64,000 nt of DNA. Source: Patescibacteria group bacterium. Lineage in GTDB: Bacteria; Patescibacteriota; Dojkabacteria; JAHIVN01. Position 1 is the stretch's first letter. Each line of letters starts with the position of its first letter. The stretch covers positions 7,720 through 71,719 of the forward strand of contig JBDRHZ010000023.1 in NCBI GenBank assembly GCA_043816305.1, in the 5' to 3' direction. The translations under genes and the position numbers were made by a program. Under the pieces are notes generated by a model. It did not search any database. It was not told the origin of the DNA and worked only from the letters and a program-made list of their open reading frames with translations. Shown in pieces: positions 16,573-26,201 of this stretch.

Positions 16573-18312
16573 ATGCCCAAATATTTCAAGGTTACAGTTC
16601 AACTCTTATTATTCCTTCTCCCAATTGGTCTTATTCTCAGCATCATAAGCCACATACCGGATTTTTTGCCCAAGGTAAAAGCCGCTTCGTGTCCTATGAC
16701 TACAAAGAACTGTGTACCATGTACTGCCAGTGAGCTTTACTGCAGACTCGAAGATGGTGAAGAATACGGCTATCTCGGCTGGGCTTGCCAGAACAACAAC
16801 CCGACAAATATCAAGTACTCACAATACAGAATAGATCTCATAACTCAAATGGGCGGTCAGACACCTTGTGGAGAGAAAGGTGCCTTCATGGTATTTTCCG
16901 ATTATAAAAAAGGAAGAAATTCTACAAAATCTTACATCAAGGCTATCAATGCCGGACTGCATTATGCATACCCGAAATGCGGCAACTGCACCCTGCTGGA
17001 GTTCTATCAGAGTTACGCGCCGGATAATCCGGAAGTCTATTCTCAAAGGATCGCAGAAATAATGGGTTCCCCGGTTACTAAAAATACGAAGATTTCTTGG
17101 ATTGTTGAAAACAGGCTTGATGACTTCATCAACGCCATGATGCATATGGAGGGCTTCTTCACTTTTTCAGGTGACATACAAAGTGATGTTGCTTTAACCA
17201 GTTACAAGACACCGGGTGAGCGGAAAATGTTGATTTCTGTTCGAAGAAGTGATGGAAACATATATACAAGAAAATATCTAAATGATAATGAATATACAAA
17301 CTGGGAGCGAAACGGGAACACCCAGGCAAATGTTACGATCACGACATTTGAAAATGACAGCGACCAGCAAGTCTTGATTCAGTCAGCTCGAAGTGACTCA
17401 AATAGGTTAACTCAGAGGTATTCAGTGAATGGTGCAACCTGGTCAACTTGGGTATCAGGAAGGAAAATTTCAGGGAATGTTTCTATGACAACTTTCATTT
17501 CAAGAGGAAGCACCAGAATGACTAGCTTCCTGTCAGTTTTCTTCACGTCTACCGAAAAAAGCTTGCTTTCACAAAGTGTCCGCGGACTAGATGACCAAGT
17601 TTACTCACGAATCAGCAACGACAGGATAAACTGGACTGATTGGTTCGGGAGTGATGGAGAAACAGCAGAAGATATCGAAATGACAGCCTTCAGCCCCACT
17701 CGGAACGTAGTACAAACTCGCAACAGCAGAGTCTACGGCAACCTTGTATTTCAGGCATCCAGAAATAAATCGGGCCAGCTTGCTACAAGATACTCTGAAA
17801 ACGGTCTCCAATTTACCGCCTGGGAAAAAAGCAGACAGATAAAGGGAAAGCCTTCTATGACAGCCTTCCAGCCCGGAACACGAAACGTTCACCCAGACAG
17901 CTCCATGCTTTTTCAGTCAGTGAGAGGTTCTGATAACTTTGTTTACACAAGGTATACAGTCGACGGGGCCAACTGGAGTAGCTGGAAGAAAAGTATAAAA
18001 ACCAACTTGGATATCGAAATGACAGTATATGAAAGGGGTATCATAAACATTCTCTATCAAACAATTGTCGGAACAGACAGCAGGGTATATACAAGATACA
18101 CGTTTAATGGGAAAGACTGGTCAGCGTGGGAATCTAGTACAACGTCTAAATCAAAAGTAACTATGTTGAACTTTTTACCTGATATACCCGAAAATGCACG
18201 GCAAATCGTAACTTCAAACAGGCTATATCAAGCTGTCATACGGTCTGACGAGGAATTGTACATGAGGTACACCTCGAATGGATTCAGCTGGACAAACTGG
18301 GAGAGATTTTAA
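16573..18312 (+). CDS. Secreted protein: Cys-rich N-terminal domain plus seven ~50-aa W-containing repeats (beta-propeller, lectin-like)
   Basis: Signal/TM peptide LLLFLLPIGLILSII. There are seven repeats of the pattern [LF]xQSxRGxDxxVYTRYxxxGxxWSxWxxS (NIYTRKY..TNWERN, RLTQRYS..WSTWVSG, QVYSRIS..WTDWFGS, QLATRYS..FTAWEKS, FVYTRYT..WSSWKKS, RVYTRYT..WSAWESS, ELYMRYT..WTNWERF). Confidence 0.7.
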   Translation: MPKYFKVTVQLLLFLLPIGLILSIISHIPDFLPKVKAASCPMTTKNCVPCTASELYCRLEDGEEYGYLGWACQNNNPTNIKYSQYRIDLITQMGGQTPCGEKGAFMVFSDYKKGRNSTKSYIKAINAGLHYAYPKCGNCTLLEFYQSYAPDNPEVYSQRIAEIMGSPVTKNTKISWIVENRLDDFINAMMHMEGFFTFSGDIQSDVALTSYKTPGERKMLISVRRSDGNIYTRKYLNDNEYTNWERNGNTQANVTITTFENDSDQQVLIQSARSDSNRLTQRYSVNGATWSTWVSGRKISGNVSMTTFISRGSTRMTSFLSVFFTSTEKSLLSQSVRGLDDQVYSRISNDRINWTDWFGSDGETAEDIEMTAFSPTRNVVQTRNSRVYGNLVFQASRNKSGQLATRYSENGLQFTAWEKSRQIKGKPSMTAFQPGTRNVHPDSSMLFQSVRGSDNFVYTRYTVDGANWSSWKKSIKTNLDIEMTVYERGIINILYQTIVGTDSRVYTRYTFNGKDWSAWESSTTSKSKVTMLNFLPDIPENARQIVTSNRLYQAVIRSDEELYMRYTSNGFSWTNWERF

Positions 18313-18620
18313 TCCGTTGATGAGACTACACCGACAAGATCCATGTACTTGAAATATTTTCGGATTTCATCCCAGTATTTATCCGCTACTTTTGAACTGT
18401 AGACACGATTATTTGTGTTTTCCATTGCACGGCAGAGTTCATTTTCCCCATCTGTTAACAAATTCTTCACCTTCCCTCCTATATTCTGGAACTTTTCTTC
18501 AAGTTTATTTCTGTTTCGGGCATCTGCATAATCATTGTTCAACATAAAAAACTCTTGGAACAAGGCTTTATTTCCTTCCCATATTTCTTCAAATATCCTT
18601 TTGTATTTCGCTTTCGCCAT
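18309..18620 (-). CDS. Hypothetical protein (103 aa, helical, no family recognised)
   Basis: ORF convergent with the propeller gene and overlapping it by 4 nt. No motif recognised. Confidence 0.4.
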   Translation of the reverse strand: MAKAKYKRIFEEIWEGNKALFQEFFMLNNDYADARNRNKLEEKFQNIGGKVKNLLTDGENELCRAMENTNNRVYSSKVADKYWDEIRKYFKYMDLVGVVSSTD

Positions 18621-18720
18621 ATCACAAGTGCTAAATATAAATCACCATATCATACCAAAATTTCAAAAAGTTAAAAGGTTTTGCTTCTTGCATAAACTAT
18701 GTATATAATAATTTGAGCAA

Positions 18721-19176
18721 ATGAAAAATATCTTCGAAATAATTTGCAAAAAATGCAGAGGCAAATGCTGTAAAACTGTTACTTTCCTCTCGCAGGACGA
18801 CTTGCAAAGACTAAAAAAATGCAAGGATATGTTTGCTCAAAACAAGAAGTTCATTCACACACGAACCAATAACCATTTTCTTATGCTAAAAAATGGAGAG
18901 TGTTCATTCCTTGATCCGGTAAAGGGCTACAAGCTCAAAGAAGCCTGTCGTCCGCTAGAATGCCTCCTTTTCCCTTTAGTCTTCAAATCAGAGAAGAATG
19001 ATATCCGGTTTTATCTAAACAAAAAATGTCCATACCTCAAGGAGATATCGAAAAAGTGGGTTTCCGAAACCACAAAGTGGGCTGATAGTCGGCTGAAGCA
19101 TTGGAAGAAAGCTGAAAAAGAATCTTTCAGTAAGATCATAGGAAACCACCCAAGTTCTCATCTGCACGTTTTATAA
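18721..19176 (+). CDS. YkgJ-family cysteine-cluster protein (UPF0153)
   Basis: CKKCRGKCCK near the N-terminus plus ECSFLD...CRPLECLLFPL matches the CxxCxxCC ... CxFL ... RPxxCxxFP pattern of the family. Confidence 0.7.
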   Translation: MKNIFEIICKKCRGKCCKTVTFLSQDDLQRLKKCKDMFAQNKKFIHTRTNNHFLMLKNGECSFLDPVKGYKLKEACRPLECLLFPLVFKSEKNDIRFYLNKKCPYLKEISKKWVSETTKWADSRLKHWKKAEKESFSKIIGNHPSSHLHVL

Positions 19177-19241
19177 GAGAGACAAGTTTTGTCAATAGTC
19201 CTGGTTATTGATATAGTAACTCTCATATTAGCTCAGAGTTT

Positions 19242-20723
19242 ATGAAAACAAAAAAATTCACCATTCTTCACTCCAACGACATGCATGGAGATTTCCTCGC
19301 CGAGATTCAGAAGAAAGACGTTGGAAAGAAAAGTAAACTCATAGGCGGCTTATCACTTCTCTCTGGTTATATAAATAAAGTCCGTCATGAAGAGGAAAAT
19401 GTTCTATACGTAATATCTGGAGATATGCTTCAAGGAAGCATGATAGACTCCGAATACAAGGGTATTTCGACAATAGAAATTATGAATTATCTAGCACCCG
19501 ATGTAGTTGCACTTGGAAATCATGAGTTTGATTATGGGCTTCCTCACTTGCTTTTTCTCGAAAGAGTAGCTAATTTCCCAATTGTAAACGCAAATTTATA
19601 TATAAAAAAGTACAACAAAAGACTGATGAATCCGTTTCTGATAGTCAAAAAGGCAGGCTTTGAGATCCTTTTCACTGGAATCATAACTGAAAAAGTGATG
19701 GATTCAATCAAGCTTGATAAACTCGTCGGAAGTTTTATCACTCTGGAGGAAGCCAGCAGAGAAGTGGGAAAAATCTGCAATGCATATAAAAACAACGATA
19801 TAGATCTAACTATTCTTTTGACACATATCGGCTTTGAATCAGATATCGAGCTGGCAAAACTTTTGAAACGGGAATGGGGAGTCGACATCATGATAGGTGG
19901 ACATTCTCATACTATTCTCAAACATCCAAAGAGGGTTAATAAGATACTTATCACACAGGCCGGGGTAGGCACTGATCAGATTGGCCGCTTTGATATCGAA
20001 GTCGATGATGCTACCAACAGCATTGTCAAATCCTCCTGGAGACTCATTCCGATAAACAGTAAATTAGCTGACCCAGATGAGAAGCTTGAGGGGTTTATAG
20101 ATTCTTTCAAAAAGAAGGTCGACAGAAAATACAATACAATCCTTTGCAAACTTTCTAAAAAACATACTCACCCCAAAAGAGAGGAAGAAAGCAGTCTCGG
20201 GAACCTGTTTTCAGACGCTTTTGCCGAGATAGCAGAATGCGACGTAATGCTTGTCGGAAGCGGCTCGATCAGGATTCCTGAGTTGGGACCGCTCGTGACT
20301 CTCAAAGATTTCATTTCCTGCTTCCCGTTTGATGACTCCCTCACACGTTTTACCGTCACAGGCTTTTCATTGAAAAAGATTTTCAGTCACATACTGCGCA
20401 ATGAAAACAGAAACAGTGAGGGTGAATGCTATCAGGTAAATTCAAAGGTTAGAGTTGTCTTTTCGTCAAAAAGCAACCTGCTTAAGTCTCTGGAAATAGA
20501 TAATGCCAAGATAAAGGACAAGCAACTGTACACTATTTGCCTTCAGGGATATCACATCCAAAACTCGAAAGATAATTTAAATGTGTCTGAAAAACAACTG
20601 CTGAAGGCTGGCAACTCTAAGGTTGTAACAACATCTGTTCAGGAAATCCTGGAAGAATATCTGAGGAATCATCAGAATATCTCAAAAGAGGTCGAGGGTA
20701 GATTGACTTATTTAACTACATAG
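19242..20723 (+). CDS. Bifunctional metallophosphatase / 5'-nucleotidase family protein
   Basis: Calcineurin-like motifs ILHSNDMHG, GDMLQGS, GNHEFD and GGHSH, followed by a 5'-nucleotidase C-terminal-like half. No obvious signal peptide. Confidence 0.85.
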   Translation: MKTKKFTILHSNDMHGDFLAEIQKKDVGKKSKLIGGLSLLSGYINKVRHEEENVLYVISGDMLQGSMIDSEYKGISTIEIMNYLAPDVVALGNHEFDYGLPHLLFLERVANFPIVNANLYIKKYNKRLMNPFLIVKKAGFEILFTGIITEKVMDSIKLDKLVGSFITLEEASREVGKICNAYKNNDIDLTILLTHIGFESDIELAKLLKREWGVDIMIGGHSHTILKHPKRVNKILITQAGVGTDQIGRFDIEVDDATNSIVKSSWRLIPINSKLADPDEKLEGFIDSFKKKVDRKYNTILCKLSKKHTHPKREEESSLGNLFSDAFAEIAECDVMLVGSGSIRIPELGPLVTLKDFISCFPFDDSLTRFTVTGFSLKKIFSHILRNENRNSEGECYQVNSKVRVVFSSKSNLLKSLEIDNAKIKDKQLYTICLQGYHIQNSKDNLNVSEKQLLKAGNSKVVTTSVQEILEEYLRNHQNISKEVEGRLTYLTT

Positions 20724-20727
20724 CCAG

Positions 20728-21537
20728 ATGAAACTAATCAATAAAATTATCCAGAAATTCTTGCTAATACTTCTTTTTGCCAGTCTTCTTACCTTTATCT
20801 ACTCCGAAATCCGAAAAGACTATCTTCCAAGTCAAGCGGGAATTCTTGAGCAAATATATACTGTTCCTGAGCAAATAGCTGTAAAGGATGAAGGTTTTGA
20901 GATAAAGAGAGAAGGTACAACATACGAAATTACTCCCAAGTACTCCTATGAATTATACGGCCTGATCGTATCTGCCTATGACACAGATATCTGGTATGAC
21001 ATCACCCACGCAAACGATCCATTAAATACGAAAGACATCTGTGTTATATGGGGTGAGAACATCAAAAGCGGAGTATATCAGAAAATGAAGTACAGAAGCG
21101 GAGAATTTACTTGTTTCTTTGAGTTCAAACCCGGTACAGATTCTGTCTGGTATGACAAGTTTGACGGGACTAGTCTTTCAAATAATCATCTCCTTCCGGA
21201 AACTGAGACTCTATCAAAATTGATCAAGAGCTCAAACATAGGCGACCAAATCCACCTCAAAGGTCTACTCATAGATTATTCTATAAAAACACAGGATGGA
21301 ACAATCGGCACAAGAGATACTAGCACAGTGAGAACTGATACGGGCTGTGAAATCATTTATACAACGGATTTTGAAATTCTGAAAAAAGGAAATGAAAGCT
21401 ATCATACCCTGAACTTGGTTTCTAAATACGCCATACTTACTTCTTTTGTAGCCCTGGTTTTGTTATCTCTTTTCCAGAATAACAATCATTCAACTACGCA
21501 TGAACAATTAATTAACACCAAATCAACTATGAATTAA
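20728..21537 (+). CDS. Hypothetical membrane-anchored protein (N- and C-terminal TM helices)
   Basis: 269-aa ORF starting 5 nt after the nucleotidase stop. Hydrophobic N-terminus FLLILLFASLLTFIY and C-terminal AILTSFVALVLLSLF. Confidence 0.5.
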   Translation: MKLINKIIQKFLLILLFASLLTFIYSEIRKDYLPSQAGILEQIYTVPEQIAVKDEGFEIKREGTTYEITPKYSYELYGLIVSAYDTDIWYDITHANDPLNTKDICVIWGENIKSGVYQKMKYRSGEFTCFFEFKPGTDSVWYDKFDGTSLSNNHLLPETETLSKLIKSSNIGDQIHLKGLLIDYSIKTQDGTIGTRDTSTVRTDTGCEIIYTTDFEILKKGNESYHTLNLVSKYAILTSFVALVLLSLFQNNNHSTTHEQLINTKSTMN

Positions 21538-21616
21538 CTAAGGATTAGCTTTTGGCTATTCTTGAGCAAAAAGGTAATCTATTGTTTACGAAATTTAAAC
21601 TCTTCACTTCTCAACT

Positions 21617-22471
21617 ATGAACCCTTCAATTATTTTTGGACTTCTAGCTATGTTTGGCTGGGGAGTTGGAAATTTTACAACTGGTGTTCTTTCCAAAAAG
21701 GTTGATCCATTTAAACTTAGTTTTATAGTTCATACTTCAGCGCTCCCACTGACAGTTCTGCTTTTATTATTTTTTAAGTACAGCATCTCGATAGATTACT
21801 TTTTCCTGCTTAGTATCCTTGGTATAACAGCAAGTTCATCCTACTTCACCTTGTCCAAGTCACTTCAAACAGGAACCATATCTGTCATCAGTACGATCAT
21901 TCCCATCTGGGCAATTTTCACCTCAGTCTTAAGCTTCCTATTTCTGGAAGAGGAAATCTACGCCGAAAAGGTCCTTGGAATTTTGATCGTGATATCCGGC
22001 GTACTTCTAGTCTCGGCAGATTTTGAACAGATTAAGAAAAAAGCTGTCGTTCTGCATGCTGGTACTGCTTGGGCATTCTTGTCTGCATTTGTCATGGGCC
22101 TACACTCCTTTCTTGTCGCACTTTTTACACAGAAATTTGACTGGTTCTCGGTCACCCTTACCGGCCGTATATGGACATTCTTGGTGTTTCTCATCTTAGC
22201 CTTCTTCAGCAGAAAGAGACTGAAAAATTTCTTTATCAAAGTCCCCAAGTTGGTAATAGCACTGATACTCCTTGAGACAATAGTTATAGCTGTATTCAAT
22301 CGCGGCCTGGAACTAGGAGAGCCTTCTGTTGTAGCTACTATCGCTTCAGCCACACCGCTGGTTGCAGTTCCTCTCGCGTTCATCTTTTTCAAAGAGAAAC
22401 TGAAACTGTACCAGATATTTGGGATGCTGCTAAGTATCGTAGGAATTGGTTGCTTATCTTTCGGGGGTTGA
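21617..22471 (+). CDS. EamA/DMT-superfamily transporter
   Basis: 284 aa with about 10 hydrophobic helices and a duplicated EamA-like architecture (GLLAMFGWGVGNF..., ...IFGMLLSIVGIGCL). Confidence 0.75.
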   Translation: MNPSIIFGLLAMFGWGVGNFTTGVLSKKVDPFKLSFIVHTSALPLTVLLLLFFKYSISIDYFFLLSILGITASSSYFTLSKSLQTGTISVISTIIPIWAIFTSVLSFLFLEEEIYAEKVLGILIVISGVLLVSADFEQIKKKAVVLHAGTAWAFLSAFVMGLHSFLVALFTQKFDWFSVTLTGRIWTFLVFLILAFFSRKRLKNFFIKVPKLVIALILLETIVIAVFNRGLELGEPSVVATIASATPLVAVPLAFIFFKEKLKLYQIFGMLLSIVGIGCLSFGG

Positions 22472-22549
22472 CTTCATTAACTATGTAGATAAAAAAATAC
22501 TAATGCCCCAAAAGGGAAACATTAGTATTTTTCTTTTTTTGCATATTTA

Positions 22550-22720
22550 TTACTTTTTCTTTCTTCTTACCGTCTTTTTGGCAGCTTTTCTTTTTGTCTT
22601 TCTTACGGTCTTTTTTGCAACTTTCCTTTTTGCTTTTTTCGCGACTTTCTTAGCAGGCCTTCGCTTTACTGCTTTTTTTGCAGGTTTCCTTGCCTTTGAT
22701 TTTGCTTTTGCTCGGGGCAT
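22550..22720 (-). CDS. Lysine/alanine-rich histone H1-like basic protein (56 aa, missing from the ORF track)
   Basis: Minus-strand ATG at 22718-22720 to TAA at 22550-22552: MPRAKAKSKARKPAKKAVKRRPAKKVAKKAKRKVAKKTVRKTKRKAAKKTVRRKKK. The listed plus-strand ORF 22446-22733 is its phenylalanine-rich mirror image. Confidence 0.55.
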   Translation of the reverse strand: MPRAKAKSKARKPAKKAVKRRPAKKVAKKAKRKVAKKTVRKTKRKAAKKTVRRKKK

Positions 22721-23030
22721 TTTTTTAAATTAATAAATTAATACAATATCAATATACGCAAAAATTCAGAAAATGCAATAGGGTAAACATGCCGTAATGA
22801 AGGGGTTATCATTTGTTATATTTTGGAACTTTGCATAAATTTATAAAACAAAAAATAACTACGACCGATAAATACCTTGATAACAAAGCTATTTCGCTTC
22901 TTATATATTTACATTTATTGTATAATTTATCGATATAGTTTGGACACAAGTTCAAAACTGGAAATAGCTGGAACAAATTTTTATCGCCGATTGACAGCAC
23001 AATACTTGATTTCTTGAATGTAAAAATTTA

Positions 23031-23222
23031 ATGAAAAACTTTCTCCAAAAAAACTGGACACTGTTTATTGTTATGATCTATTTTATTTTTCCCGACTTTA
23101 TTCCAGGTGTTTGTGATGATATCTCGCTTCTAATCGTAGAGAGAACCCTCAATAATACTTGGAACCAAATCAAGTCGAAACAGCGTAAGTCTGATGAAGT
23201 CAAAAAAGAGACCTCTTCATAA
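23031..23222 (+). CDS. Small membrane protein, DUF1232 (YkvA)-like
   Basis: IFPDFIPGVCDDISLLIVE resembles the DUF1232 core (D.IPD.IP..G..DD..). Confidence 0.45.
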   Translation: MKNFLQKNWTLFIVMIYFIFPDFIPGVCDDISLLIVERTLNNTWNQIKSKQRKSDEVKKETSS

Positions 23223-24210
23223 ATCTTTCTACAGTTTTAACGCAGAAACCAATTTCGAGCTTGGATGCATGATGGGAGCAGCATTTAAACAAGACGCTAA
23301 GAATGGTTTGAAAAGATCCAGTCAAAGCAGAGACTGGGAAAGAAGAAACCGAGTGTCAGATAAATATTTGGATTTTACGGAAAATGAATTTCCCAGCTAT
23401 GTTGAAGAGCTGAGAGGATTTGCCGAGGGCTCGGGTGTTTCCTTTGCAGATTTGTGGCCGATGGTAATAGGAAGCGATCTTTCTCAGGACAAGTCAGAGA
23501 AATGCACTGCTATCGTGACAAATGATGGATCTCTTATTGGCAGTACGGAGGATTTTGATGCTTCTGTGAAGGATGAAATTTACATAGTTCAAAAGACGAT
23601 TCGGGACATAACAGTTTTTGAATTCTACTATTCTTATTCTCTCGGAGGAGAATCTATCAGTATAAATTCAAACGGCATTGTCCAGCTGACAAATTCTCTA
23701 GTGCATACCGATCATCAGGTTGGTATACCCAGAAATGTGATCTCCAGATGGTTATCAGAAACCGCTGAACCTGTGAATGATTTTGAAAAATTGAATAAAC
23801 TGACTAGGGCATCCGGCTACAGCCATACGATCACCTCTCTCGGTGGACCCGTTTGGAACATAGAAATGACTTCAAAAAATCTAGTTGTAACTAAGAACAA
23901 AACTCCATTTATCCATACAAATCACTATCTGAGCGAACTGGCCAGAATACAGTCCGAAGAATACAAAGAGGGTGTAGGTATAGGCACTTATGAGAGATAC
24001 GAGAGTGCGATTGCTCAAGCAAAGAAGAAAATGACAGAAGGGGACTTGAGAGAATTATTATCAGACAATTCTCTTGGAAAAGAAATAAGCATTTTTAATG
24101 AAAGAACGATCGCAAGAATCTTGATCAATCTGAAAACGCAAAAAGCTTTCGTCTGGATGCTGAGAGAAAAAGAACTAGGGTGGGTGGAATATGAATTAGA
24201 TTTTCTATAA
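23194..24210 (+). CDS. Peptidase C45 family acyltransferase/hydrolase (Ntn-type, Cys nucleophile)
   Basis: EKCTAIVTNDGSLIGSTEDFD (candidate nucleophile Cys after the propeptide) and HTNHYL motifs. Size and layout match C45 proteins. The start codon is uncertain and overlaps the previous ORF. Confidence 0.65.
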   Translation: MKSKKRPLHKSFYSFNAETNFELGCMMGAAFKQDAKNGLKRSSQSRDWERRNRVSDKYLDFTENEFPSYVEELRGFAEGSGVSFADLWPMVIGSDLSQDKSEKCTAIVTNDGSLIGSTEDFDASVKDEIYIVQKTIRDITVFEFYYSYSLGGESISINSNGIVQLTNSLVHTDHQVGIPRNVISRWLSETAEPVNDFEKLNKLTRASGYSHTITSLGGPVWNIEMTSKNLVVTKNKTPFIHTNHYLSELARIQSEEYKEGVGIGTYERYESAIAQAKKKMTEGDLRELLSDNSLGKEISIFNERTIARILINLKTQKAFVWMLREKELGWVEYELDFL

Positions 24211-24249
24211 AGTCAGGGCTTGGCTACTTTATTTATTAACTCTAACTAC

Positions 24250-24558
24250 ATGAATCTTCTATTTTTAACCTGCGCAAATAAGGATGAAGCTGAAAAGATA
24301 AAAAAAGTGCTTCATGAAAAGAAACTAGTCGTATGCGCCAAAATGTGTAGTGTATCGTCTTCCTTTCTTTGGAATGGAAAAGTTGATAATGCCAATGAAG
24401 TAATGCTCATCATGGATTCAAGAGAAGATCTTTTTGAACAGGTTGAAACAGAGATTCGAAAAGTCCACAGCTATGACACCTTTGTTTTGTTATCAGTACC
24501 AGTTACCAGGAGCTCAAAGGGAATAAGGGAGTGGATAGACGAAGAGCTTAAAGACTGA
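24250..24558 (+). CDS. cutA: Divalent-cation tolerance protein CutA
   Basis: MNLLFLTCANKDEAEKIKKVLHEKKLVVCAKM...SSFLWNGKVDNANEVMLIMDSRED...VHSYDTFVLLSVPV is the CutA1 pattern. The ATG at 24250 is preferred over the TTG at 24220. Confidence 0.8.
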   Translation: MNLLFLTCANKDEAEKIKKVLHEKKLVVCAKMCSVSSSFLWNGKVDNANEVMLIMDSREDLFEQVETEIRKVHSYDTFVLLSVPVTRSSKGIREWIDEELKD

Positions 24559-24648
24559 TCCATTTATTGAGGAACTAAATGAGATCCTTATGAATTGGCG
24601 TAAAGAGAAATTTACAAAGGAAACGAAAAAAGTTGCCTAACTACCTAG

Positions 24649-25149
24649 TTACAATCCCATTTCCATAATTACTACAACTTTTTCTTCTCCACCAAGCATT
24701 TCTTTTTTCTCACCGGTAATAACAAAGCCGGACTTTTGGTACAAGGCAACTGCTGCGGATTGCTCTTTATTCACCGATAATCGTAACGTGCCTACTACGT
24801 TTGAATTTTTAATTCTTTCAATTAGCTCGCTCATCAATACAGAAGCCAGCCCCTGCCCTCTTGCATCTTCTGTAACATAAACTCCTACTATCTCAGCTAC
24901 ACCATCTTCTGAAACATAAGCTCCTGCTGAAGCGATCAGCTTACCCGTTTTATCCTCTACAAATACTGCCCATTGCCTATGTTCTGCAGAATACGGCTGA
25001 AGGCGTGACCTCCACTTTACTTCATCAAAAGCTGCTTCTCTGGCAACGCTCGAGCCAAATGCCTGTGGGTCATGCTCCAAGGCTTCGAGCCGAATATCTC
25101 TATACCTATGCCAATCATCCGGAGTAAGTTCTACAACCGAGTATTCCAT
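24649..25149 (-). CDS. GNAT-family N-acetyltransferase
   Basis: IVGVYVTEDARGQGLASVLMSELIERI is GNAT motif A. 166 aa. Confidence 0.8.
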   Translation of the reverse strand: MEYSVVELTPDDWHRYRDIRLEALEHDPQAFGSSVAREAAFDEVKWRSRLQPYSAEHRQWAVFVEDKTGKLIASAGAYVSEDGVAEIVGVYVTEDARGQGLASVLMSELIERIKNSNVVGTLRLSVNKEQSAAVALYQKSGFVITGEKKEMLGGEEKVVVIMEMGL

Positions 25150-25287
25150 TGCTAGCTAATAGGATTACTAAACTAAAGACGGTTCCATTATAACATGATC
25201 AAGCTATGTCCGAGAAAATGTAGGAACTTTAGCCCTAAGCCTCTGTTCTGTCCTTTTAACATTGGAGCTTTAAGTATTAATTCTGAG

Positions 25288-26136
25288 TTAGTCCTTGCAG
25301 CTCAAACACTTCACATACGAAAACTCGCTTTCATCCTCTTTTGGTTCATCAGTGTACTGAAAATCTCTCGCCTGTTTTTCCAGCGTACCTTGTAATACAC
25401 CTGGCAGAAACTTGAAAAGCATAGCATAATTGCTTGCCATCTTCGGAACTAGGACCTTTCGCTTGTCAGTGAACACAGCATCATAAACCGCCTGAGCAAC
25501 CTCAGAAGCCTCGACTGCATCTCCATAATCATCAAGATCCAGATTTGCTTTGTCCTTTGCAAAAAAGTCTGTCTTCACTGCTCCCGGATGAACAGTAGTA
25601 ACATTCACATTATGCTGTTTCAGTTCAGGGCGGATGCTATCTGCAAAGCCAGTGATTGCCCACTTAGTTGCAACATATACCGACCACTGCGGAATGGTGA
25701 TCAAACCGGCAAGCGACGAGGTCATGATTATATGGCCGTATTTTTGACGAACCATTACTTCTGCAGCATACTTTGCAACCATGATCATGCCGATCAAGTT
25801 TACATCTATCATGGCGTGTATCTGTTCTCTGGTTAGATCTTGAATATTACCAATAAACCCCAATCCTGCATTATCAAAAACTACATCCAAAACTCTGCGA
25901 TCTTTAATTGTTTCTAAGAATAAATTCTTTACAGAATCGTCGTTTGTAACGTCTGTCGGAACAACAACTCCCTTCCCTCCAAGTTTTTCTACTTCGGATT
26001 TTACTTCCTGCAGCTTATCCTCACTCCTCGAAGCAAGAATTACAGTTGCTCCATCGCTAGCAGCTTTCAATGCAAAAGCTCGGCCTATGCCGCTTGAAGC
26101 ACCCGTGATAAGAACCGTTTTGTCCTTTAATTTCAT
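25288..26136 (-). CDS. SDR-family short-chain dehydrogenase/reductase
   Basis: TGASSGIG cofactor motif, NAG, and the catalytic Y..xK region (SVYVATKWAI). Confidence 0.9.
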   Translation of the reverse strand: MKLKDKTVLITGASSGIGRAFALKAASDGATVILASRSEDKLQEVKSEVEKLGGKGVVVPTDVTNDDSVKNLFLETIKDRRVLDVVFDNAGLGFIGNIQDLTREQIHAMIDVNLIGMIMVAKYAAEVMVRQKYGHIIMTSSLAGLITIPQWSVYVATKWAITGFADSIRPELKQHNVNVTTVHPGAVKTDFFAKDKANLDLDDYGDAVEASEVAQAVYDAVFTDKRKVLVPKMASNYAMLFKFLPGVLQGTLEKQARDFQYTDEPKEDESEFSYVKCLSCKD

Positions 26137-26201
26137 GATTAAAGCTTAAAAGGTAAGAGTATAATTCTTAGGATAAAAGAAAAGGAACAGGGGTGCAAGA
26201 G

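Noticed and set aside
22446-22733. 95-aa Phe/Leu-rich plus-strand ORF
   Set aside because: It is the reverse-complement shadow of the Lys/Ala-rich 56-aa ORF (AAA/AAG codons read as TTT/CTT). It also starts inside the EamA gene. The basic protein is the more plausible product, but this remains unverified.
22809-23000. 63-aa minus-strand ORF in the AT-rich spacer before the DUF1232-like gene
   Set aside because: It has a GTG start and an N/K/Y/I/L-rich composition typical of random ORFs in AT-rich DNA. It overlaps promoter-like sequences for the downstream plus-strand gene and has no motif.
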